IMG/VR virus record: IMGVR_UViG_3300045257_000207 | Location: 10,059-74,058 of that record | DNA: 64,000 nt | Origin: a virus | Strand: one strand, 5' to 3' | In this document: one piece after another, positions 56,288-64,000 of the stretch | How the letters are laid out: every line of letters starts with the position of its first letter | Position numbering within the stretch: the stretch's first letter is position 1 | Position numbers and translations under genes: made by a program | The notes under the pieces: generated by a model | What the model was told of the DNA's origin: nothing | What the model saw: the letters and a program-made list of their open reading frames with translations, nothing else | Databases searched by the model: none

Positions 56288-56758
56288 ATGCAAGAATATC
56301 GGGCATACTTCTTCACCCTATTCCACCTGCGAACCATGCAGCAGGGCATTCAAGCAAGCCATTGTGTATCCACGATGGCGCTAGCTCTTGAACAGAAAGT
56401 ATTCAAGCATCAAGAACAAGCCTACCGTGTATATTATGAATGGGCCGAATCTCCGACCAAAATTCTCCTGAACGGTGGTTCTTCGGATTACATGGAACTG
56501 TATAAGAAGCTAATCCGCCGTTTCGGCGATTCGCTGAAGCTTCCGTATGCTTGGTTCAATGAACCTGACATCTACAACATCATGACTTCCATCGGTATTG
56601 TGGTACCGGATTACATTTACGGTATCAAGGTTGTGGACGTTCCACCGGAAATGTTCTCGCTGTCCTTGGAAGATATCTTGAACACGTCATCGGCAGATGA
56701 CACGGAAGAGATGTATTTGCTGTACCTGACGCTGCGTTCGGCGAGTCTGGCTACTTGA
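56288..56758 (+). CDS. Peptidyl-tRNA hydrolase 2 (PTH2)-like protein
   Basis: QGIQASH, W...TKILL, FNEPD...TSIGI. Confidence 0.6.
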   Translation: MQEYRAYFFTLFHLRTMQQGIQASHCVSTMALALEQKVFKHQEQAYRVYYEWAESPTKILLNGGSSDYMELYKKLIRRFGDSLKLPYAWFNEPDIYNIMTSIGIVVPDYIYGIKVVDVPPEMFSLSLEDILNTSSADDTEEMYLLYLTLRSASLAT

Positions 56759-57822
56759 TGGGCACATTCTATACACACCCAGAGCAGTTGGACTTTTGTG
56801 ACGTAACCATCGTACCGACAGACATTTCATCCATCAACTCAAGAAACGAACCGTCGCTTCAACGGCGGTTCGTTTTCAAGCATTCCGGATTACACCTTTC
56901 GTGCGTGCCGATCATAGCAGCAAACATGCTGACCGGCTCCTTTGCTATGGCCGATGCTCTAGCAGAACAGGAAATGATCACGGTATTACACAAGCATCAT
57001 TCCATCGAAGCCTATGGTAATTTCTTTAACAATAGAACCTTCGATAAGCTGCAATACGTTTTCTATACGTTGGGGTTGTCTGACCTTGAAGCGATCAAAT
57101 ACAAGAAAGTCGCCGATTTGATCGGATACCGTCCTCCGATGGTTTGCATTGATGTGGCGAATGGTTACATGGCCAAATTCCGTGACTATGTCGCGCGATT
57201 CCGTGATGAAAATCCACGTGCGGTGATCATGGCCGGTAACGTGGTTACTGGCGAAGCCGTAGAACAACTTCTGGAGAGTGGTGCCGACATTGTAAAGATT
57301 GGTATTGGGTCTGGCCAGAATTGTTTAACCCGCAGGGTGACGGGCGTAGGTCGCCCGCAGCTTTCCGCTGTGTTGGAATGTGCCGATGCGGCAGATTTGA
57401 ACGGTGGCCTCATATGTAGCGATGGCGGCTGTTCTGAAGGTGGAGATGTTGCTATCGCCTTCGGGGCCGGTGCGGATTTCGTGATGCTGGGCACTATGTT
57501 GGCGGGATCGGACGAAACTGAAGGCACTACATATTACTTGGATGGTAAACCGTTCAAGGAATTCTTTGGTATGTCTTCCAATACCGCCATGGCACGCTTC
57601 GGCAACGGTCGTCCTTCTTACAAAGCCAGTGAAGGCAGAACCACACTGGTTCCCGGTACAGGCCCAGTTTCAAATACCCTAGAGGAAATATGCGGTGGGG
57701 TGCGAGGGGCGATGAGCATGATAGGCGCAAGAGAAATGCATGAAGTCAGCGAAAAAACAAAATTCATCAGGGTGCGTAGACGTTTGAATACCACCATGGA
57801 ACGTTACACAACAGGCAATTAA
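56758..57822 (+). CDS. guaC: GMP reductase
   Basis: PIIAANM, IDVANGY, MAGNVVTGE, KIGIG.G..C.TR, SDGGC, FFGMSS, ASEGRT. Confidence 0.93.
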   Translation: MGTFYTHPEQLDFCDVTIVPTDISSINSRNEPSLQRRFVFKHSGLHLSCVPIIAANMLTGSFAMADALAEQEMITVLHKHHSIEAYGNFFNNRTFDKLQYVFYTLGLSDLEAIKYKKVADLIGYRPPMVCIDVANGYMAKFRDYVARFRDENPRAVIMAGNVVTGEAVEQLLESGADIVKIGIGSGQNCLTRRVTGVGRPQLSAVLECADAADLNGGLICSDGGCSEGGDVAIAFGAGADFVMLGTMLAGSDETEGTTYYLDGKPFKEFFGMSSNTAMARFGNGRPSYKASEGRTTLVPGTGPVSNTLEEICGGVRGAMSMIGAREMHEVSEKTKFIRVRRRLNTTMERYTTGN

Positions 57823-57831
57823 GGAGCCAAA

Positions 57832-58158
57832 ATGATCGACACGCTATCAGAGGACGACGTTCGCGCGTACAAATTAAGCAACGGCATGGAAATATACGGA
57901 AAGGTTGTAGACGAAAATTCCGAAATAGTCGAATTGGACGATGCGGTTATAGCATTGGTTCAACAAGGTGCCCGTGGAGCGGATGGCCAGCAGGAATCGG
58001 CTCTGCGTTTCGTTGCGGTGAGTCCTTTGTCGATTGGTCAAGCGCAAAGCAAAATTCTTTTGCGTAAGACCTCAATCATCTTCGAATACAAACCGGAACC
58101 AGCATACCATAAGGCTTATCGTGGTACAGTTTCCGGCCTGATCCTAGCTACCGCGTAA
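57832..58158 (+). CDS. Sm-like fold phage protein
   Basis: KLSNGMEIYGKV...AY....SGLI pattern. Confidence 0.55.
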   Translation: MIDTLSEDDVRAYKLSNGMEIYGKVVDENSEIVELDDAVIALVQQGARGADGQQESALRFVAVSPLSIGQAQSKILLRKTSIIFEYKPEPAYHKAYRGTVSGLILATA

Positions 58159-58160
58159 TA

Positions 58161-58448
58161 TCAGAAGTCGAAGAACGCGATCCCGCGTTTTTCTAGATAG
58201 ATGCGTTCGTAGTGAGAAATTGTGGCTCGGATGCCAGCTTGATCCCACATACTCGGATGTTGATCGTAACAAAGGATAATGGAACCACTGTCTTCGACAT
58301 GGAACCAGAAATTCGTGTTACCAAACATTGTTCGGGTTCGCATATCCTGAACCTTGCGTTCAAGACGTGCTTTGTAGGTTAGAGCTTCAGCAACCATCGC
58401 TGTAAGTTCTTTGATATCTTCGTTGTCAAGAATGTAGACTTTTTCCAT
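58161..58448 (-). CDS. Hypothetical protein
   Basis: 95-aa ORF. Confidence 0.6.
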   Translation of the reverse strand: MEKVYILDNEDIKELTAMVAEALTYKARLERKVQDMRTRTMFGNTNFWFHVEDSGSIILCYDQHPSMWDQAGIRATISHYERIYLEKRGIAFFDF

Positions 58449-58728
58449 AACCCTTCACCGTCTGCGAATGTGCGACCCGTAAATGGGGGAAGTCACTCTT
58501 AAGCATATTTAGGCTCTGTACAAATTCATATTCCGGAGTGTAAACTATGGCTTGGTCTCGAATATTTTCGATGAAACAAAAGGCAGGAAACCGATTGTAG
58601 ATAAACGGAGTTTCCAATCCGTCAAATATGTTGTAAAAAACGATCACGTCAGCGACAAAGATGCCGTACTGGATGGTTCTCGTAGACCAGTAATGCATGT
58701 CCATCAAGTCGCGATCATCTATTTGCAT
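58426..58728 (-). CDS. Hypothetical protein
   Basis: Start revised to MQIDDR. Confidence 0.55.
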   Translation of the reverse strand: MQIDDRDLMDMHYWSTRTIQYGIFVADVIVFYNIFDGLETPFIYNRFPAFCFIENIRDQAIVYTPEYEFVQSLNMLKSDFPHLRVAHSQTVKGYGKSLHS

Positions 58729-58738
58729 AAGAATATTT

Positions 58739-59065
58739 ATGAAAGAAAAGAAGCAAGAGCCAAAACTTGAAACATGCGGAACCTGTTCAGTATGCCTTCG
58801 TGGCATGGTGCCCGGTCATTCCGTGGACGAACATCACTGGGTACCAGTCGTCAAGGGTGGAAAGAAGGGAGCAAAGAGTCTCATCCATCGCATGTGCCAT
58901 CAAAAAATCCATTCGGTATGGACTGAGGGTGAACTCGCTCGACAGTTCAATCATCCTGAAATCATTCGGGAAGCCCCAGAAATGCAAACCTATCTGGTCT
59001 GGGTTCAGAGTAAACCGTTGGATTATTACGATTCGACCAAGATGAATAACCGAAAGCGACGATAA
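58739..59065 (+). CDS. Small HNH endonuclease
   Basis: CSVC, EHHWVPVVKGG, HRMCHQKIH. Confidence 0.85.
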   Translation: MKEKKQEPKLETCGTCSVCLRGMVPGHSVDEHHWVPVVKGGKKGAKSLIHRMCHQKIHSVWTEGELARQFNHPEIIREAPEMQTYLVWVQSKPLDYYDSTKMNNRKRR

Positions 59066-59089
59066 ATACCGTAACGCTTAGAGGTTATC

Positions 59090-59710
59090 ATGGATTTTAT
59101 TCAAGAACTAATTCTGTTGGAAAGTAATCTTTCTTCGATGAAAGAACTTGCCCATGTCAACCAGATCATCAATAAGCTGTACGGCGAGTGGAAGAAGATT
59201 AAACGTCGTACCAATGCGGTCGATATGACCACCAAGTCAGCAAACAAGCTGGCTCAGTTGAATCCAGAAACAGCCAAAAGGCTTCATGATGCCACCAAAC
59301 TGAAATTGGTGGTCATTCTGATGCGTTGCATGGATATCCCACCTTGGAAGCCGCTGGACTCCAAAGAGAGAATCTACAAGAAGCTTCTCCCGATGCTCAC
59401 AGCGTTCCAGAACGTCGATCCCAATACGGGGACAGGGGGAAAGCTGAAAGAAGTCGTCCTGACGCGATTCAGTGCGGCTATGGCCACTCAAGACGGCGAA
59501 GAAGAGAAGGTATTCGTGGCATACGAACCACGACTCCCTTCCGACTACATTCGTTATCTTTTCGGCGACATTAAGCCTGTCAAGACTTATCGTATGATGG
59601 CGCTCGAATTTCCTCCAGACTTTGAATCTTTGATCAACATCCTGTCGATCAATTACGAGAAAGCACGTTCAAAGTTCAAAGACGAGTCCAGTGTCGAAAC
59701 TCAGCCTTGA
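59090..59710 (+). CDS. Hypothetical late protein
   Basis: GATAAATA at 59061-59068, GAGG RBS, MDFIQELILLE start. Confidence 0.72.
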   Translation: MDFIQELILLESNLSSMKELAHVNQIINKLYGEWKKIKRRTNAVDMTTKSANKLAQLNPETAKRLHDATKLKLVVILMRCMDIPPWKPLDSKERIYKKLLPMLTAFQNVDPNTGTGGKLKEVVLTRFSAAMATQDGEEEKVFVAYEPRLPSDYIRYLFGDIKPVKTYRMMALEFPPDFESLINILSINYEKARSKFKDESSVETQP

Positions 59711-60475
59711 ATTCTGATACCCGTTCGGGTCATTGGAATATCCGCGAGGGTTACAAACAACACGTGTATCGCCAATCATGTAATCTGCCTTCGCGTGTGT
59801 ATGCCCGTGTAGCCAGAATGGCGGACTGTAATCCAGAATCAAATCCTCCAACCCGGTGTTGAAATAGGCATAGTCCAGCAGCCCGGTTTGATATTCCGCA
59901 CTGCGTGACAGAACGTGCGGTGAATGGTGCGTTACCACCACACAACGCTGGCCAGCCACCTTGGCTTCTTCCAGTTCCTTCAGGAGGACGCGCCGTGCGT
60001 GAAGATTCTCCAACTGAATATCGTTGGTCGAAACTTTCTTCATATACGGCTCACTTACGGTACCAGTACGAATTTGATTGTAATCATTCATCTGCCCACC
60101 GGCCAATAGCTTGACTACCGGGTCACTGTCATGGAAATCTGTCCAGAATACGCTTCCAAAGAAACGAATTCCATCAAGAACGACAGATGTGTTGTCAAGG
60201 AAATGAACGTTGGGAAACTCAGCGACGATTTCTCGAATTTTCACCGGAGTCCTGACAAGACTACCGCCGCCATAGAATTCATGATTACCGGCAATCACAA
60301 TAACATTCTTGAATCGCCCGGAAACATTCGTCAGGAAGGCAATGCCATTGGCTGGCTTCTTGACGACGAAAATATCACCGGCAAGCACCAGCGTCATCTC
60401 GGATTCATTCTCCAAAACTGGAAAATTGAATACCGAAAATTCATTGTGAATATCGCTGGCAAGATAGAAGCGCAT
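59669..60475 (-). CDS. Calcineurin-like metallophosphoesterase
   Basis: SDIH, AGDI, GNHEFY, THHSP, HGHTH, NPRGY. Confidence 0.92.
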   Translation of the reverse strand: MRFYLASDIHNEFSVFNFPVLENESEMTLVLAGDIFVVKKPANGIAFLTNVSGRFKNVIVIAGNHEFYGGGSLVRTPVKIREIVAEFPNVHFLDNTSVVLDGIRFFGSVFWTDFHDSDPVVKLLAGGQMNDYNQIRTGTVSEPYMKKVSTNDIQLENLHARRVLLKELEEAKVAGQRCVVVTHHSPHVLSRSAEYQTGLLDYAYFNTGLEDLILDYSPPFWLHGHTHAKADYMIGDTRVVCNPRGYSNDPNGYQNSRLSFDTGLVFEL

Positions 60476-60539
60476 GGTTCCTCCTTTAGGGTCTCCAAGT
60501 ATAGCAGATTATAAATACATGATCAAAATGGAGAAGATC

Positions 60540-61271
60540 ATGCTCAATTTCACCCCAATCATGGGTCGCCTCGAACATCCAGACGCTCGTGACACCTTGT
60601 TTTCGGTTTCAGCCGTATTACCTGCCGCTGACCCTTTCATAACCGAGAAATACTGGTGGGATGATGCTTGGTGGGGGAACCAAGGAGCTACGGAAGAATG
60701 TACTGCCTACAGTTGGATGCATTGGATCGAGAACGGCCCGGTATTCCAAGATGACATTCCCGGCAGAACAAAGCCATTTTATCAACCAATTGATTTCTAC
60801 AACCAGTGCCAGCAGCGCGATCCTTGGGCTGGAACTCCACACAATGGAAGCAGTGTTCGAACTGCTGTCAGACTGCTCAAAATCCTTGGAGTTATCAAGG
60901 AATATCGTTGGGCCACCAACGTTGAAGATGTAGCCCAGACATTGATCAACCTTGGGCCAATGATTGTGGGAACATCATGGTTTTCTAATATGTTTACACC
61001 GGATGCGAACGGTCTCATCAAACCAACCGGTTCTAACGCAGGCGGACATGCTTATCTCCTGAATGGTGTTGATCTTAAGAAAAGGTTGTTCAGAATCAAG
61101 AATTCTTGGGGCCAAGAATGGGGCGTCAACGGTCACGCTTTCATCGGGTTCGATGATTTTCAATTCTTGTTAAATAATGGCGGAGAAAGTTGCATAGCGT
61201 TCGAAAACAAACTCGCCGCTATTCCAAGCTTCGATGTTCTTCCGCCACCGGGAAGGTCTAACGACGGCTAA
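60540..61271 (+). CDS. Papain-like (C1) cysteine peptidase
   Basis: NQG....CTAYS, GGHAY, KNSWGQEWG.NG; TATAAATA at 60510-60517. Confidence 0.88.
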   Translation: MLNFTPIMGRLEHPDARDTLFSVSAVLPAADPFITEKYWWDDAWWGNQGATEECTAYSWMHWIENGPVFQDDIPGRTKPFYQPIDFYNQCQQRDPWAGTPHNGSSVRTAVRLLKILGVIKEYRWATNVEDVAQTLINLGPMIVGTSWFSNMFTPDANGLIKPTGSNAGGHAYLLNGVDLKKRLFRIKNSWGQEWGVNGHAFIGFDDFQFLLNNGGESCIAFENKLAAIPSFDVLPPPGRSNDG

Positions 61272-61494
61272 TAAGCTTTTCCCAAAACTTCTTCCATCGA
61301 TTGACGATATATTTCTGCTCCAACGCCTCACGAATGCGGCGTTCGCCCTCTTTCATCTTCTGTGAGAAAGACTTTTGAAGGTCAGCGGCTACGATAGCCT
61401 CGATTTCCAGAGCCTTGGTCTTTTCTTTAAATTCGCGGACACGCTTCAAAAGGATAGCAGCCTCGACATGGCTCAATTTCCTTTTGATCGTCAT
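61258..61494 (-). CDS. Small basic protein
   Basis: GGAG RBS; CTAAATA on - strand at 61519-61525. Confidence 0.6.
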   Translation of the reverse strand: MTIKRKLSHVEAAILLKRVREFKEKTKALEIEAIVAADLQKSFSQKMKEGERRIREALEQKYIVNRWKKFWEKLISRR

Positions 61495-61556
61495 GGCGAA
61501 TTCTCCAAATGGTTGTTCTATTTAGATAAATAGCCTGAAACGAAAAAGGATAAACC

Positions 61557-62003
61557 ATGCAACTTACTCAGGCTATCATTGATCATTTCAAAGCAGAAGA
61601 AGGGTACCGTACCGTATCTTATCTGGACACGTTGGGTTATTGGACTATAGGTATCGGCCACATGTTGGGGAAAGGTGCAGAATTTGCCCACATCACATGG
61701 ACGGACGAAGAGATTATAGCTCAATTACAGAAGGATGTAGATCATGCCGCAGCAGAAGCCGAAAAACTGTATCCACGGTTTGACCACTTCTCGGAAGGTT
61801 TACAAATAGCATTACTGGATATGTGTTTTCAACTTGGTGAACATTTGGCCGGGTTCCATACGATGAATGCAGAAGTTAACGCCGGTCATCTGGCAGAAGC
61901 TGCTGATGATGCTCTCCAAACCTTGTGGGCAAGGCAGACGCCACACCGGGCACGTCGTGACGCCGACTTGATCAGAAACGGTTCAATCAATTCCGCTGAC
62001 TGA
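61557..62003 (+). CDS. T4-type lysozyme (GH24)
   Basis: EEG......YLDTLGYWTIGIGH (E-D-T triad), M.FQLG, WARQTPHRA; GATAAATA at 61525-61532. Confidence 0.93.
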   Translation: MQLTQAIIDHFKAEEGYRTVSYLDTLGYWTIGIGHMLGKGAEFAHITWTDEEIIAQLQKDVDHAAAEAEKLYPRFDHFSEGLQIALLDMCFQLGEHLAGFHTMNAEVNAGHLAEAADDALQTLWARQTPHRARRDADLIRNGSINSAD

Positions 62004-62517
62004 TAATCGTCAAATACCATTCCGGGATTGTTTCCATTTGTTCCAATTCCCGGCAATGGTCAGGTGTGAAATCACCACGCAGAATGTTGCCAGCTTCGAT
62101 TTCTACAATGCGAACCAAATAGGGAATGAAATCCATCATTCCCTGATCTTCGAATGTAATCTCGAAGCCATAGTCTTTATCATGGATTCGCCAAAAGAAA
62201 CAAATGCGATGCACGTCATGCATAACAAAATCAATGTCGTACAATCGAAATTCGATATTTTCTTTGATGAATAGTTGCTTTACATATTTCACAGCTTCAT
62301 GAAGAGATTCTTTATAGTATCGAATCTTTCGCTGTGTCAACTGGACGCCTTCCAAGGGATCAATATCGGTAACAAACCCCTTCTTCGAATGGGCCTTGAT
62401 CAATTCCGTTTCGACTTCTTCACTGAATTCATCAAATAGACCTTCTTTGACATGTGGAATGTCAAAGTGTCGTTCGATTTCAGAATCAATAGTGGTTGGT
62501 TGTTTCATCGACTTCAT
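61987..62517 (-). CDS. Hypothetical protein
   Basis: 176-aa ORF. Confidence 0.65.
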   Translation of the reverse strand: MKSMKQPTTIDSEIERHFDIPHVKEGLFDEFSEEVETELIKAHSKKGFVTDIDPLEGVQLTQRKIRYYKESLHEAVKYVKQLFIKENIEFRLYDIDFVMHDVHRICFFWRIHDKDYGFEITFEDQGMMDFIPYLVRIVEIEAGNILRGDFTPDHCRELEQMETIPEWYLTIISQRN

Positions 62518-62538
62518 TATAGCAGTACGATGAGAGAC

Positions 62539-63090
62539 TTAATAGCCTGTACGCTCGTCGTCTTCGGCTTCTTGCTTTAACTGGTCGATGTGGGTACGAA
62601 TGAACTCACGCAAATTACTACTTCCGTTGGTGACAACCTTGGAAAGTAGCGTCTTCAAGTAGACCGGATTAGCGTCCATCGCTTTCTGGATATAGAACTC
62701 CACCCCCACATTCTCATCGAAATCGTCCTGTGTAGGGGCTGTATCCGTCAAACGACGGTATTTTTCTATCTTCTCGACGGTAGGATATTTGGTAATACCG
62801 AGGCGACCGCTATCGCCTTCGACCGATACCGCGACTTGCAACTCGGCCAGAATCGAGACCACATGCGCTTTCCACTTGTCTATGACGCGGACATCAACAT
62901 TGAAGTCGATTTCGAAGTCGTAGATATCGGCATTTCCACGCTTTGTAAAATATGCGTCAGTGGAAAGCGGTGGGAAGATAACATGATTCACGATGAATTC
63001 GTAATCCTTGTCCTTGAAGACAAAGTATCGCTCATCTAGAGTATTCTGGTAATTGGATTCCGTTAGAATCAATTCGCGTAACAGGCCCAT
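62539..63090 (-). CDS. Hypothetical late protein
   Basis: AATAAATA on - strand at 63109-63116, GGAG RBS, MGLLRELILTE start. Confidence 0.72.
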   Translation of the reverse strand: MGLLRELILTESNYQNTLDERYFVFKDKDYEFIVNHVIFPPLSTDAYFTKRGNADIYDFEIDFNVDVRVIDKWKAHVVSILAELQVAVSVEGDSGRLGITKYPTVEKIEKYRRLTDTAPTQDDFDENVGVEFYIQKAMDANPVYLKTLLSKVVTNGSSNLREFIRTHIDQLKQEAEDDERTGY

Positions 63091-63130
63091 GTACATCTCC
63101 GAATACTGTATTTATTCGGAGACGACAGCT

Positions 63131-63490
63131 TTAGTTGAAGAATTCCGGGTACTCTGCCACGATGAAGGGACGCAGCTTCAAAATCAGAATGGTATCCAAC
63201 AGATGAATCAACTCTCGATTGGAGTGTCTGGATTTGTAGAAAGCAGAGTATCGGATGGTGTCTCCGAGAGTAATGTGGGAAAAGACAGCCGAATGCTTTC
63301 CAGCATCTCTGCTAATATCAACCGCCCCGTTTCCGTAACCTGCGATGCTAAATCGGTATGATACATAGGGAACGGTAGTTTCGTTTGGTTCGGCATCAAA
63401 AGTGACCTTCGCTGCAATGAATTCCGGAGTCATGAGGGGGCGAACGATTTTGTGCGCCTGAATGAGATGTTCTAGTCGTAGATTTTTCAT
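63131..63490 (-). CDS. Hypothetical protein
   Basis: 119-aa ORF. Confidence 0.6.
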   Translation of the reverse strand: MKNLRLEHLIQAHKIVRPLMTPEFIAAKVTFDAEPNETTVPYVSYRFSIAGYGNGAVDISRDAGKHSAVFSHITLGDTIRYSAFYKSRHSNRELIHLLDTILILKLRPFIVAEYPEFFN

Positions 63491-63522
63491 CCGGACAGTA
63501 TAGAGGATTAGACCTCCAAAAA

Positions 63523-63550
63523 CAAGAATGGCCCCGAAGGGCCATTCTTT
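63523..63550 (-). terminator. Intrinsic terminator
   Basis: AAGAATGGCCC-CGAA-GGGCCATTCTT. Confidence 0.8.
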
Positions 63551-64000
63551 TACTTGCGTGTCTTTGCTTTACGTTTCGTTGTGGGTACCGGAGCATCCGC
63601 ATGGGGATGTGCTTGTTCTTCTGTCTGCTGTGTTTCTTCGACTCTGTCAGATGGAAGACGCGCCGCATAGATAATTTCATCCACACATCCAAGTTCCATG
63701 GCCTCTTCCGCATCAAGATAAAGGTTACGTTTTGTTTTGTAGATTTCTTCGATAGTAGCAACCGGGATGCGCGTTTTTTGAATGGTCATTTTTTCGATCA
63801 TAGTCTGAAGACGCTTGCTTTCTATGATACTTTCTTCCATATCCTTCACTTTACCGATAGTTCCGCTACTAACCTGATGATACATCAAGGTAGAATTCTC
63901 ATAACAGAAACGCTTGTGTCCATGAATCGCGATCATGAAACCGCAACTCAGCGCCGTACCAGTTACGTAGGTCTGGATCGGAGTCAACGAGACATTCATG
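63550..64000 (-). CDS. ClpP-like protease (5' part outside the window)
   Basis: ALSCG, RF...NSTLMYHQ, YLDAEEAMELGCVDEI. Confidence 0.88.
   Translation of the reverse strand, partial: MNVSLTPIQTYVTGTALSCGFMIAIHGHKRFCYENSTLMYHQVSSGTIGKVKDMEESIIESKRLQTMIEKMTIQKTRIPVATIEEIYKTKRNLYLDAEEAMELGCVDEIIYAARLPSDRVEETQQTEEQAHPHADAPVPTTKRKAKTRK

Noticed and set aside
1-64000. Stop-codon reassignment
   Set aside because: Core genes are intact under the standard code, and TAA, TGA and TAG all end plausible genes.

Overview
A 64-kb segment of a large lytic myovirus (T4-like/jumbo-type), standard genetic code and very densely coded. It carries tail genes (sheath, tube, tube-like, head-completion nuclease), a T4-type replication block (DsbA, family-B DNA polymerase, sliding clamp, RNase H), nucleotide metabolism genes (thyA, nrdA, nrdB, guaC, Nudix, HD), lysis and protease genes, a tRNA-Gly(GCC), and about 20 (A/C)TAAATA late-promoter motifs. 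The most striking content is two clusters (16.2-21.6 kb on +, 27.5-33.9 kb on -) with 10 glycan-building genes: GT60-type GlcNAc transferase, carbamoyltransferase fused to a degenerate HtrL domain, HtrL+GT-A, GT8-like, PglD/NeuD acetyltransferase, GT-B+GT-D, DegT aminotransferase, GT-D, pyruvyltransferase and Maf/DUF115-like. These precede about 12 kb of very Thr/Ser/Gly-rich, repeat-built fibre genes. My leading hypothesis, which is inference, is a phage-encoded protein O-glycosylation system that decorates virion fibres with a modified glycan, analogous to Mimivirus fibril glycosylation. All family calls come from motif recognition by eye; no searches were run.
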